The notes under the pieces: generated by a model
Told to the model about the DNA's origin: nothing
Database searches by the model: none
What the model saw: only the letters and a program-made list of their open reading frames with translations
Source of the DNA: a virus
Taxonomy: Duplodnaviria > Caudoviricetes
Direction: 5' to 3' (one strand)
Virus record (IMG/VR): IMGVR_UViG_3300028048_000038
Coordinates: 128,001-192,000 of that record
Length of the DNA: 64,000 nucleotides
In this document: piece by piece, positions 1-9,469 of the stretch
Position numbering within the stretch: the stretch's first letter is position 1
Layout of the letters: each line of letters opens with the position of its first letter
Made by a program: the position numbers and the translations under genes

Positions 1-85
1 GGAGTGGGATTCAAACCCACATAATCCGCTATTAACGGAAAGCCAACTTAGGAGGTTGGTGCATCATTCCTTCTGCCATCCCACC
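1..85 (-). tRNA. tRNA with CCU (Arg) anticodon and long variable arm; 3' end runs off the window
   Basis: Revcomp GGTGGGA-TG-D arm-CCAAC CTCCTAA GTTGG-long V arm (TCCG..CGGA)-GTGGG TTTGAAT CCCAC. Confidence 0.75.
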
Positions 86-146
86 AAAAAAAAAAATAAA
101 AGGTTTATCATCCATTCTCCGAAATGATAAACCTTTGTTTAGATTT

Positions 147-683
147 TTAGTGCCTACCAATACGGAATCGGTGTCCCCTAATGACAGGTGCGCCCTCGTC
201 AACAACTCTAGTAGGTCTTGGAGCTGGCTCATCAACCTCTGGCTCCTCGAACTGAGGCTCTTGTCTTACAAAACGTCCATTTGCTGCACGAGCAACGTTG
301 TTTGTAGGAGCTGCAACCTTACGAGCTGCAACTGGAGCACCATACTGATTCTCACGAGGCATAACTGCGCCATTCATCAACTCGGTAACTACGCAAAGCA
401 ATACCGCAGATGCTACTGGCAACTCTGGAACATCCTCAATCTTGTAAACCTCGTTAGTGCCAAGGTCATACGCAAGGATTGCATGGTCGTGACATGAATC
501 AGCCTTAATTGTACGTGCAGTCTCACCCAAACGGAACTGGTCAACGTTAGGAACTGTCGCACACTCCACATGATTCTCAGAGAGGTGGTAAATCACTAGA
601 TTGATGTTAGCTTTGCAAGAGCACTTGGCAAGAATCTCTGCCATAGGACTCTCTCTACGACTAAGTTTTCTGTAATTCCACAT
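147..683 (-). CDS. hypothetical protein
   Basis: 178-aa ORF in the dominant orientation; no recognisable motif. Confidence 0.6.
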   Translation of the reverse strand: MWNYRKLSRRESPMAEILAKCSCKANINLVIYHLSENHVECATVPNVDQFRLGETARTIKADSCHDHAILAYDLGTNEVYKIEDVPELPVASAVLLCVVTELMNGAVMPRENQYGAPVAARKVAAPTNNVARAANGRFVRQEPQFEEPEVDEPAPRPTRVVDEGAPVIRGHRFRIGRH

Positions 684-725
684 AAGTCTCTTTGTGTTTT
701 TTGTTAATACTTAATTTTAGACTAA

Positions 726-755
726 AGGTGGGCGCTCAAGGCTGAACACCCACCT
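726..755 (-). terminator. intrinsic terminator-like hairpin
   Basis: AAGGTGGG...CCCACCTT inverted repeat downstream of ORF 791-1144. Confidence 0.5.
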
Positions 756-790
756 TGTTTTCACTCAGTAATAAGAGCTATTGCTAGTTC

Positions 791-1144
791 TTATTCCTCA
801 GTAGGAGCAAGAGCTGCATCCTCATCATCACCGAAGAACTCCTTCTGAGTAGCCTCGGCAATCTTCAGCTCGATGTTCAACTCGTAAAGACGAGTCTTAG
901 CATCCTGAAGGTCAGATGCCCACTTAGCTGGCTGCCAACCCTTTACGCCTGGACGAAGTGACTGAGTAGTGTCTGGTGCGAAATCAGTAAGATTCTGAAT
1001 CTCAATCTCCACCTCGGCAATGTCGTTCTTCAGCTTCTGAACGATGTTTGCCTGCGCAATTGAAGCCTGCATGTTAATCTGTGACGCACGTGCTACAAGA
1101 GCCTTTGAGTCATTCTGACTCATCATCTGCAAAAACTTTCCCAT
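791..1144 (-). CDS. hypothetical coiled-coil protein
   Basis: 117-aa ORF with upstream Bacteroidetes-type promoter near 1217. Confidence 0.7.
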   Translation of the reverse strand: MGKFLQMMSQNDSKALVARASQINMQASIAQANIVQKLKNDIAEVEIEIQNLTDFAPDTTQSLRPGVKGWQPAKWASDLQDAKTRLYELNIELKIAEATQKEFFGDDEDAALAPTEE

Positions 1145-1400
1145 TTTCTTAAAGTTTTAAAAGTTAATAATGTGAACTGTAATTTTATATGTTTGTTGTT
1201 TGTCTCATTGACATTGCAAAGATATATCCTTTTTTTCTTATTTCCAAATTTTTGAGAAGTTTTTTTGTTAAAATCTCTTAAGGAATTTATCTTTTGTGTT
1301 TCTCACAGTATTAGATAATGTGCTTTTCATAATACTGTTTTAATGTCTCATTGACATTGCAAAGATATAGATAATTTTCGTAACTTCCAAATTTTAAGTG

Positions 1401-2381
1401 TTAACTTTTGTAAAATGTGTCAAAGGCTTCATTTGCCATCTGACTAACTAAGTCTATCTGAGCTGCTGCTAGTTCACTGCGATACATTCTTCTAGATTTA
1501 CGTCCTCTCTTTGCCTTATGAGCCTTTACAACCTTTGTACCTTTGGAAACACTGCTTTTCTTTAACTGTTCATCCTCACTTGAGAAACCGATGTGAGTAA
1601 ATCCTAAGAAACTACCACTCTTCTCAATCTTGCAGAGGTAAACATGGTCAGCACCATACTTGAACTCACCAGTACGCACCTTAATCTGCTTGATATATCT
1701 CACTGAAGGGTCTTTGATACTCATACCAACTGCGAACATTGCATCAAAGAAGTTAGTCAATTTCTTGCTACCACTAAGGCTGTTCTGAGTTAATGGAGAA
1801 CCCAAGTTTCTCTTCGGTGTATGAGAAAGCACTAGAACACTAGCGCCATATTTCTTCTTAATTGTACAAAGCTTCTGCATGAGTTTACCAGCAGTAGTAG
1901 CAGTATCTTTCATATTAACCAACCAACTGAGGTTATCAACAATCAGAATCTTTGAATTGTATTTCTTTATATTGGCTTCAATAGCGTCCATGATGATGTC
2001 ATCAAAGCTAGCTTTTGTAGTCTCACAATACTCTTTTACCTTATCAGTGTTAAGTTCCACTCGAATGAACCTATCATTGAACTTAAAAGTGCTCTTATTC
2101 TTCTCGTCAGTGTAACGAAGCTCAAACTGCTTCTTGCTTAACTCAAAGTCATAATATAATATGTATTCATCCTTTGGTAGCTTTTCAGCAATGGCATTGC
2201 TAATCTGTACGGCAAGGATACTCTTACCGACATTAGCATCTGCAAATAAGCAGCACACCTCGTTCTCAAACCAGAACTCCTTATAGAGCTTCTTTGGATT
2301 CTTCTGCTCTTTCGCCACCTCGATTGTCTCGTTGGCTGTCATTGCACTAAAGATTTCCGTTAAATTTGGTTTTTCTGCCAT
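1401..2381 (-). CDS. RecA-like/AAA_25 P-loop ATPase
   Basis: Walker A-like ADANVGKS, Walker B ILIVDNL, LVLSHTPK motif typical of RecA/DnaB-like ATPases. Confidence 0.8.
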   Translation of the reverse strand: MAEKPNLTEIFSAMTANETIEVAKEQKNPKKLYKEFWFENEVCCLFADANVGKSILAVQISNAIAEKLPKDEYILYYDFELSKKQFELRYTDEKNKSTFKFNDRFIRVELNTDKVKEYCETTKASFDDIIMDAIEANIKKYNSKILIVDNLSWLVNMKDTATTAGKLMQKLCTIKKKYGASVLVLSHTPKRNLGSPLTQNSLSGSKKLTNFFDAMFAVGMSIKDPSVRYIKQIKVRTGEFKYGADHVYLCKIEKSGSFLGFTHIGFSSEDEQLKKSSVSKGTKVVKAHKAKRGRKSRRMYRSELAAAQIDLVSQMANEAFDTFYKS

Positions 2382-2674
2382 TAATCTTGTTTTAAAGTTA
2401 GAGTTATTTCGTTATTATCGTAGTTATAAACCCTATCAATTATTTTCCAATAAAGCCCACCTAATACCACAGTATCGCCTAATTCCAATACTAATGCAGT
2501 ATTATTAACGTAGAAATACATGTCATGCTTTACAAGTGTCCCACATTTAAGTATTTCTTTCAATGTGTCATCTGTAAAGTCATCTGGACGAGGGAAATTC
2601 CCTTTAACGATATATTTCTTAATGAAGTCTTTATCTTCTGAAATATAAAATCTAGTTCTAGTATAATAATCCAT
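2381..2674 (-). CDS. hypothetical protein
   Basis: 97-aa ORF whose stop overlaps the ATPase start. Confidence 0.6.
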   Translation of the reverse strand: MDYYTRTRFYISEDKDFIKKYIVKGNFPRPDDFTDDTLKEILKCGTLVKHDMYFYVNNTALVLELGDTVVLGGLYWKIIDRVYNYDNNEITLTLKQD

Positions 2675-2690
2675 AACGTTTTCTTTTAGA

Positions 2691-2826
2691 GTGCGGTAGA
2701 GGAGTCGAACCTCTGTTTACGGCTTGGAATGCATAATTTTTTCAATAATACATCTGCTGTCTATTTCCTAACGGAAACGTTAAAAAACTTTTAAAGCGTT
2801 GTCCTAGACCACTAGACGAACCGCAC
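2691..2826 (-). tRNA. tRNA (UCC, Gly anticodon) interrupted at position 29/30 by a 64-nt ACAGCA-stem insertion (2733-2796)
   Basis: Acceptor GTGCGGT/ACCGCAC, D arm, T arm AGAGG TTCGACT CCTCT; removing the insert gives a perfect anticodon arm ACGGC ATTCCAA GCCGT. Confidence 0.75.
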
Positions 2827-2924
2827 AGTTGTCTGCTACAAACGATGAACGTAGGTCTCACAGACTATGATGGTCAACCGAAGTCTTATTAAGTATTGCG
2901 CACTACACCATCATGACTTTTTGA

Positions 2925-2995
2925 ATCTCCTAGAGGAATCGAACCTCTCTTCCGACTTGCGATGCCACGTGTCCTAACCGATAGACGAAGGAGAT
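2925..2995 (-). tRNA. tRNA-like gene, irregular anticodon arm (loop ATCGCAA)
   Basis: Acceptor ATCTCCT/AGGAGAT, canonical T arm, Glu/Asp-type D arm. Confidence 0.55.
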
Positions 2996-3205
2996 ATAAA
3001 ATGGGGAAATGATTTTAACTAGTATGTTGCTCACTTCCCCAAAGGCAACGGCTGTACTCAGCCAACGAGACGGTTTATTTTCACCCACAGAGCCGAAATC
3101 CGACAACCCACTCAGCCCCTTAAGACAAGCCAATCTTACGAGTTTTTGAAGACACTTCACCCTAATGTCTTGCTAAAAAAGGAAAACTCGCCCATCCTTG
3201 TATTA

Positions 3206-4033
3206 TTAATGTTTGATGTTCCACATTGGGGTAGAACCACCACCAACCATCACATCAATATTTGCGCCATTCTTAGCTGCAATAGTCTCAATCCACTTCA
3301 GACTAATGAAGTCTTGCGTACTAAGACCAAGCTCCTCTCGATAAGCCTTATCAGCCTTTGCCCTCTGACGTTCAGCTTTCTCACGAGCTAACTCAACCTC
3401 AACTTGTCGCTCTTGAGTCTGCTTTGCTTGCACTGCCTTCGCTGTCTTATTCATTTCCGCAAGCTGCTCCTTATTAGGAATTGCCTTACCAATCGTTACC
3501 TGACGAATTGTTACTGGGAACTCCTTCTCCTTGGACAACTCTGCAACATAATTCTGCATCTGCTTGAGTACCTTTGTATCAATCTCATTCAGAATCGCTC
3601 GATTGGACATGAGGTCAAAGGGACTGTGCTGTGAGATATGGTCTCGCACAAGATTACAGTAGTAGTTGTAAAGGTTTGTGTTGAACCAATCAGTACCGTA
3701 GTTCTGCAAGAGAATTGGTGACTTACCCTTCTGAATCTGTGTGATGATAATGGTGTGGAAGTCCAACGGAGTATTGTCATCACTGAACAAGTCATCCATG
3801 TCTACTTGATGCTTGAAAGGTACAATCTTGAAAGTCTCTGTGTCAGTAGACCACCAAATCCACTCAAGACCAGTCTCAACTGGCTCATTCTGTACACCAC
3901 CATGACCCAAGAACCAAGGCTTGTCAATTAGAACTGTCTCCTCGTCAGCATTAACTGTGGTACAGCCGATGCAAGAGGTTAAACTTGTTGTTGCAAGGAA
4001 TGCAAACAATAACATTGTTAAAAATTTCTTCAT
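3206..4033 (-). CDS. SPFH/band-7 (prohibitin-like) lipoprotein
   Basis: Lipoprotein signal (LTSC), SPFH-like core, C-terminal coiled coil. Confidence 0.75.
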   Translation of the reverse strand: MKKFLTMLLFAFLATTSLTSCIGCTTVNADEETVLIDKPWFLGHGGVQNEPVETGLEWIWWSTDTETFKIVPFKHQVDMDDLFSDDNTPLDFHTIIITQIQKGKSPILLQNYGTDWFNTNLYNYYCNLVRDHISQHSPFDLMSNRAILNEIDTKVLKQMQNYVAELSKEKEFPVTIRQVTIGKAIPNKEQLAEMNKTAKAVQAKQTQERQVEVELAREKAERQRAKADKAYREELGLSTQDFISLKWIETIAAKNGANIDVMVGGGSTPMWNIKH

Positions 4034-4101
4034 TTCTTTGTAATTTTAAAAATTTCGATGCAAAGATACTAAAAAAATCTGAGATAACCAAATTATTTAA
4101 G

Positions 4102-4512
4102 TTAATATATGTTAACGTAATATGTTCCTACTTGTTTCTTAGCCTTTCTTACCAAAGATAAGCCATGTTCTTTCTCACTTGGGTCATACACAAACAATAA
4201 TTCGCCTTTCTTTCTATTACGTAACCTAATGCCAAAACTATGTTGTTTTGTGATTATGGTGTCTCTGAAATATCCAACATCTATAATCTTCCATTCCATT
4301 GAACCATATAGCTCATTGCATTTATTATATTGAGTATGTATGATTTGTTCATCCAAATATATTTCTCCACCTAGAGGAAATACAATACCTTTAGCCACAT
4401 GCACTTGGTTAGCAAACCTACAACCATAGTCGGTAATTTTAACAATATCGCCTATTGAAAATTCTAAATTATCCCTAGATTGAGCACCCCATTTTGTTAC
4501 AATTATATCCAT
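4102..4512 (-). CDS. hypothetical protein
   Basis: 136-aa ORF. Confidence 0.6.
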   Translation of the reverse strand: MDIIVTKWGAQSRDNLEFSIGDIVKITDYGCRFANQVHVAKGIVFPLGGEIYLDEQIIHTQYNKCNELYGSMEWKIIDVGYFRDTIITKQHSFGIRLRNRKKGELLFVYDPSEKEHGLSLVRKAKKQVGTYYVNIY

Positions 4513-4528
4513 TATATCATCTTTTATG

Positions 4529-4603
4529 TAGCGGAGAATGGATTCGAACCATTGACCTCTAGGGCATGCCCCCTAGTGCGCTAACCAACTGCGCCACCCC
4601 GCA
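4529..4603 (-). tRNA. initiator-like tRNA-Met (CAU) with atypical anticodon loop
   Basis: 1:72 mismatch, GCGC D stem, CTAGG-GGGCATGC-CCTAG, T arm AATGG TTCGAAT CCATT. Confidence 0.65.
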
Positions 4604-4729
4604 ATTACTTATTGATAACGCTCAACAAGTAAAGCCTAAACATGTCTAGAATATACCTCAGTGTTAATGAACTTCAAGAAGGTAAAGGCCTGATTACCAA
4701 CTTGCTCTATCTCCACCAAATGTATATTG

Positions 4730-4802
4730 TGGGCCCACCCAGATTCGAACTGGGGATACAAGATTATGAGTCGTGCGTTTTAACCTATTGAACTACAGGC
4801 CC
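4730..4802 (-). tRNA. tRNA-CAU (Ile2-type or Met)
   Basis: GGGCCTG/TGGGCCC acceptor, loop CTCATAA. Confidence 0.8.
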
Positions 4803-4811
4803 TTATTCATT

Positions 4812-5786
4812 TCATAGATACTTCATCAATAGTTTATAAGCAATGAAATACTTGAATATCATCACCACAACAGCGAATAATACTACAATACCAATAAACT
4901 TCCACCAAGAAAACCAATTCCATATCTCCCTAAGATATCCCACTGTTAAACCGCCAACAGAAGCTTCGTTTTCATCCACTTGAGTGGTTATAGGTGCAAC
5001 TCCTGGAAGTGTCGTGGTGGGTTTGGAATCAGCCTCTATTGGTTTCGGAGGAATAGGCTTCTGCGGCTCATTCCTTTTATACGTGTATAGAATGGTGTTT
5101 TCGTTGAATCTTCCTTTCATTGTTGGATGTTGCATATGGAGAAACTTATCAGTATTGTTCTTCAAATAGTTATGCAACTCCTTTGCAACAACCATTCCAT
5201 CCTTATTGGTATCAGCTTTTCCTTTCAAACCATCTATCAATGCAGTAAACAAATGACTATTTCTGTCACCTTCTGTCTCGTAGCTTTCCTCATTGTTTCT
5301 AGAAGATGTGAGGACAATTACATTTTCACCAAGAAGTTTGCCGTGTTTCTGGTTTGTAAAACTGCCACTATAACAAGCATCGATGATAACTACCTTACGT
5401 CTTGCCTTACACCCACTCAGTATAGATTTAATTTCAGAGAAATTGACGTATTGGTTTCCACATTGAATATATCCATCATTGCCGTGACCGCTATAAACGA
5501 ACATAATAATGTCGTTTGGTGTACAAACTGCTGCTTGCTTTTTGAGACCATCAAGGACGTTATTACGAGTGACACCATTACCTCTCACAAGGATAACTTG
5601 ACCACCATTCTTACGATAAAGTTCTGCAAGGTCTGTCACGTCATTCTCTGGACATTCCAAGCCATCGCAATCAATGCCATAGAATAACCCATACATCTTA
5701 GCATCTACGCTGAGTGCAACAAGCAGTGTCAGTACAATCGTAACTATTCTTCTATACATCTGAGTTGTTGTTATAATCTCCCACAT
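4812..5786 (-). CDS. caspase-like (peptidase C14) protease with signal peptide and C-terminal membrane anchor
   Basis: Catalytic dyad motifs YSGHG and IDACYSG; N-terminal hydrophobic signal; Pro/Thr linker then TM helix; true start may be near 5759. Confidence 0.85.
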   Translation of the reverse strand: MWEIITTTQMYRRIVTIVLTLLVALSVDAKMYGLFYGIDCDGLECPENDVTDLAELYRKNGGQVILVRGNGVTRNNVLDGLKKQAAVCTPNDIIMFVYSGHGNDGYIQCGNQYVNFSEIKSILSGCKARRKVVIIDACYSGSFTNQKHGKLLGENVIVLTSSRNNEESYETEGDRNSHLFTALIDGLKGKADTNKDGMVVAKELHNYLKNNTDKFLHMQHPTMKGRFNENTILYTYKRNEPQKPIPPKPIEADSKPTTTLPGVAPITTQVDENEASVGGLTVGYLREIWNWFSWWKFIGIVVLFAVVVMIFKYFIAYKLLMKYL

Positions 5787-6324
5787 TGGTGGGCGTTCCT
5801 ATATTCTGATTATTTGCTGTTGTTGTGTCCTTTTGAGCTGGAGCTACTGTAGGACTCTGCACACTTGGCTGTGCTGTAGGCTTAATTGGCTGCACCTCGA
5901 CAACTTGGGCTGGAGTATTGTCGTTCTCAATTCTAACAATTGCACCATCAACTGAGTTATAGATGACAATCACCTTATAAGCAAGATTTCCTTTGTTAAA
6001 TCTTACATTCTTAACACGATGTGAAACATCATCAAGGTCTTTTACACCCTTAACGCCACTTACGTAATACTCATACTGCTTTGATGGCTTACTAATACTA
6101 GTCACAATAAGGCTATCTGCACCATAGTTCTTCTGCAATTCCTTTGCGATATTCAAGTTGATGTCAGCCTCTGCAATGGTATCCCTTATTTCTTCGTTCC
6201 CAAGCTTGGTATTGACATAGGACTTGGCACTTGAGTATGTGCATTTATCCATAAACTCAAAGAAGAAATTGCCAATAAACAGCAATAATGCGCCAATTAA
6301 AAAACCTTTAAAAAAACCTTTCAT
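5752..6324 (-). CDS. hypothetical membrane-anchored protein
   Basis: N-terminal TM segment, low-complexity P/T/Q tail. Confidence 0.65.
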   Translation of the reverse strand: MKGFFKGFLIGALLLFIGNFFFEFMDKCTYSSAKSYVNTKLGNEEIRDTIAEADINLNIAKELQKNYGADSLIVTSISKPSKQYEYYVSGVKGVKDLDDVSHRVKNVRFNKGNLAYKVIVIYNSVDGAIVRIENDNTPAQVVEVQPIKPTAQPSVQSPTVAPAQKDTTTANNQNIGTPTNVGDYNNNSDV

Positions 6325-6373
6325 ATTCTTCTTTATAAAGTTAATAATGTTGTTTCTCTAGAATAAAAGCTAA

Positions 6374-6757
6374 CTAGTAATTCATACGTGAGGGTATAAC
6401 TCCTCTTACACCACCCCTAGGGTTTTCACAATCCCCATTATAACGAGGTATGATATGTACATGGCAATGCATAATGGTTTGTCCAGCAGCCTCACCACAG
6501 TTAACTCCCACATTATATCCATTTGGATGATATTTGGTATCCAATAGTCTCTTAACGACACCAATTGTCACACCAAGAGATTCAAGCTCAAGAAAATTCA
6601 AATCAAAATATGTTTCACAATGTCTCTTCGGTATTAATAATGTGTGACCCTCTGAAACTGGATATCCATCCAACATTGCAATCCAAGTTGAATCTTGATA
6701 TATTATCCTAGATTTATCAATCTTCTCTTCTATATCACAAAATGTACAACCATCCAT
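6374..6757 (-). CDS. HIT-family nucleotide hydrolase
   Basis: N-terminal CTFC, GHTLLIPK, histidine triad HCHVHII. Confidence 0.92.
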   Translation of the reverse strand: MDGCTFCDIEEKIDKSRIIYQDSTWIAMLDGYPVSEGHTLLIPKRHCETYFDLNFLELESLGVTIGVVKRLLDTKYHPNGYNVGVNCGEAAGQTIMHCHVHIIPRYNGDCENPRGGVRGVIPSRMNY

Positions 6758-6758
6758 A

Positions 6759-7250
6759 TTATTCTACAATTGTTTCCAATATGAGGATAAGAGCCTCTTT
6801 AATTGCCTCTTCGATGTTCCTTCCTCTATCCTTACCTCTAACAATCAGTTTCTTGTATTTGAAAGATACTGATTTTCCAACTAATTTCGCAACACAGATT
6901 TGTACATCCCCAGGTGGAACATTGGTACTTCCATATCCATCAACATACCCATTAATTGCCAACGCAATATTGACATCAAATTTATACAATGTTGTCAATG
7001 CCATTTGACTCATCACTTGAGTACTAACAAAGTCATTCCTTTTAATGGTATAATCTTGCACCTCTAACACTCTACAAGCACTAGCCTCATCATATGTGAC
7101 AATAGTGCCTTTATACCACCTCTGAGCGTAGTCTTGACTTGCAATGGCAGCACCTACAAGACCACTAGTACACTCTTCAGCAGTAGCAATCTTATAGTTC
7201 TTATCCATTAAGGCAATTGCCACTCTCCTTGCTAATTCTTCTATCTCCAT
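6759..7250 (-). CDS. CinA/PncC C-terminal domain protein (catalytic residues altered)
   Basis: IATAEECTSG corresponds to AESCTGG; G..VTY motif; likely start MEIEEL at 7250. Confidence 0.8.
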   Translation of the reverse strand: MEIEELARRVAIALMDKNYKIATAEECTSGLVGAAIASQDYAQRWYKGTIVTYDEASACRVLEVQDYTIKRNDFVSTQVMSQMALTTLYKFDVNIALAINGYVDGYGSTNVPPGDVQICVAKLVGKSVSFKYKKLIVRGKDRGRNIEEAIKEALILILETIVE

Positions 7251-7251
7251 A

Positions 7252-7683
7252 TTATTCTGAATATAATTCGTCTTGTAACTTACTAATTTGTTTATTAATC
7301 TTAAGCTTCTGCAACCTAAGACCATGCATTGCTGCATTATATGCATCTTCCTTTGAGGTGTATGCAGTATAGGTGCGATAGTCGCACTGAACCTTGGCAG
7401 ATGTTATCTCTAAACCTTTCTCAGCATCCTTATTGACTGCGAAAGATTTTATGCCATTGTACCAACTAAAAACTGGTTGTCCAACCTTTGAGTAGCATTG
7501 GCATACACATCTTCTCTCACCATAAGGACTTATTGTTCCCCTAGCCAAATATCTCTTAACTATATTCCCCTTTGCTAGTTTTAAGAACACCTCATAGAAG
7601 GTGGCACTCTTATCATTGAATATATCAGCAAAGGTGTTAGCAACCTTAAATTTAATTTCTGTCTTCTTATTTTCTTTAGCCAT
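7252..7683 (-). CDS. hypothetical protein
   Basis: 143-aa ORF behind promoter near 7703. Confidence 0.65.
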   Translation of the reverse strand: MAKENKKTEIKFKVANTFADIFNDKSATFYEVFLKLAKGNIVKRYLARGTISPYGERRCVCQCYSKVGQPVFSWYNGIKSFAVNKDAEKGLEITSAKVQCDYRTYTAYTSKEDAYNAAMHGLRLQKLKINKQISKLQDELYSE

Positions 7684-7776
7684 GATTAATATAACATTTT
7701 TGCAAATATATCAAAAAAAATTGAGAAAGGCAAATACCTTCCTCAATATTAACATTAATTATAGGACATTAACAGT

Positions 7777-8262
7777 CTAGTCTGAAATCTCAATACTTGA
7801 ATTTAACTCAGCAATCGTCCTAAGAGCATCTTCCTCAGTTGGATTCAGAATACTCTGAGTCTTAACTTGGAGTGCTACGTTGTTCATTATCTTGGCTACA
7901 GAACTATTCACGTAATACTTATGCAATGTGTCCTTATCCTTAAGAACAACTCCTTTGCTGCGATATACCATCTTTGCGACTATCTTATCACCATACTTGA
8001 TATATAAGGAATCGAAGCACTCGCTAGCAGCTTTCTCCATGATGAGAGTGAGTGAGTCTCTTAACTCATCTGCATCTGGTCTGTACTCTCCTTTTGAGTT
8101 GTATATCTTTGTCATATACTCACAATTGACTTGACTCTCTCGACACTCATAGTCAGCAAAGGCATACATGCAATCTGCCCATACTACTTGTGGATGCGCA
8201 TTCTTACAAGATGTGAGACACATCGTTACCAAAGCCACTGTAAATAAAATTACTTTCTTCAT
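7777..8262 (-). CDS. hypothetical lipoprotein
   Basis: MKK start, hydrophobic stretch, LTSC lipobox. Confidence 0.7.
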   Translation of the reverse strand: MKKVILFTVALVTMCLTSCKNAHPQVVWADCMYAFADYECRESQVNCEYMTKIYNSKGEYRPDADELRDSLTLIMEKAASECFDSLYIKYGDKIVAKMVYRSKGVVLKDKDTLHKYYVNSSVAKIMNNVALQVKTQSILNPTEEDALRTIAELNSSIEISD

Positions 8263-8577
8263 ATTTCCTTGTTTTTAAATTTCTGATGTAAAGATACGAA
8301 AAAAAGTTGAACCAACCAAATGATTAATTCAACTTTAACACTCATTAACCTTACACTTGTTCTCGGCTCTATTCACCTTGTTGTAAAAGTTAATCCTTTT
8401 CAACTTAATAGTAAATTAGATTTACCTGTATCAACCATGAAGGTATCCTCTTAACCATCAAGGAACTAGGGCAAGGGACTAATCCTTGCACCGCATTACT
8501 GCTTCATCTGCCATTTCTTACATGGCTTGCGCTTGTCTAACCTATTTCAGTATTTCAATGAATACACCAAGCCGTAG

Positions 8578-8653
8578 TGAGCATAGTAGGATTCGAACCC
8601 ACGCCTTTTACGGTCCTAGAAGCCGTTGCAATCGACCACTCTGCCATATGCCC
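8578..8653 (-). tRNA. tRNA with CUA anticodon (candidate amber suppressor)
   Basis: GGGCATA/TATGCTC acceptor, ACGGC TTCTAGG ACCGT anticodon arm, canonical T arm. Confidence 0.65.
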
Positions 8654-8792
8654 ATATTCTTTATTCAATTATTACAACATCTTTTTCATAATGCAAAGAT
8701 ATACAAAAAAATCTGAAATAACCAAATTTTTCTTGTTAAAAAAACAAAAAACGTCATAAACCACAAGAGCCTATGACGTTCTTATATTGTTT

Positions 8793-9092
8793 TTAGTCTT
8801 CGGTAACAACCTTCAATCTTTTGAATAGCTCTTCGTGTCCGAAAACCGCTAAAGCAGTTGTTTTAAAGTCAAGGTCAGGTTCTTTGAACTCCGTATACTC
8901 AACACCAAAACCCTTTAGCCTTCTCCTCCACTTAGGTACATCAGCACTTAAGTAAATCAAATAATCATTCTGCCATTCTCTACTATTGGGATGCTCTAAC
9001 ATCCATTGAGCAACTGCATGTCCACCTTGTACGCAACCATACACTGGTTTCAACGTCTTGTCAATCAAAACATATAACTTTCTCTTCTCCAT
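8793..9092 (-). CDS. peptidyl-tRNA hydrolase 2 (Pth2)-like protein
   Basis: KLYVLI..L....G..QGGHAV and FKEPDL..TTALA motifs of small Pth2-like proteins. Confidence 0.7.
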   Translation of the reverse strand: MEKRKLYVLIDKTLKPVYGCVQGGHAVAQWMLEHPNSREWQNDYLIYLSADVPKWRRRLKGFGVEYTEFKEPDLDFKTTALAVFGHEELFKRLKVVTED

Positions 9093-9469
9093 TACTCTTC
9101 TGTTGGGTCTGCATACTTGTTATACACCTTGATTACTGCGTTCTTGAATGCTGGGATAACATAACTCTCAGTCATGTCGCCACCGCTTACGCCCCAACGA
9201 CCACTGTGCAACATCTTGTAACAACGGTTTCTAACCTCATCCTCAAGATATGCGTCACGGTCTGCACCCTCGATACGATGCTTAAAAATGTAGTAAGCTA
9301 CATAGTCAGAATGGTCTTTGTATGCGTCTGACTTAATGAATTCCTTAAACTTAAGATACTGTTCCTTTGTGGTCTCCTTATCTGTAAAAATTTTCTTTTC
9401 CATATTAATATATTCTTTAATTTGTTTGTTATTAACTAATAATTTTAACTTATTCACTACTTTTCCCAT
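9092..9469 (-). CDS. hypothetical protein
   Basis: ORF coupled to Pth2-like gene; likely start MEKKIF near 9403. Confidence 0.6.
   Translation of the reverse strand: MGKVVNKLKLLVNNKQIKEYINMEKKIFTDKETTKEQYLKFKEFIKSDAYKDHSDYVAYYIFKHRIEGADRDAYLEDEVRNRCYKMLHSGRWGVSGGDMTESYVIPAFKNAVIKVYNKYADPTEE

Noticed and set aside
1201-1368. Repeated TGCAAAGATA...CCAAA motif as a CRISPR array or mobile repeat
   Set aside because: Dispersed, upstream of genes and matches the Bacteroidetes -33/-7 promoter; the 26-bp duplication at 1201/1344 is a tandem promoter
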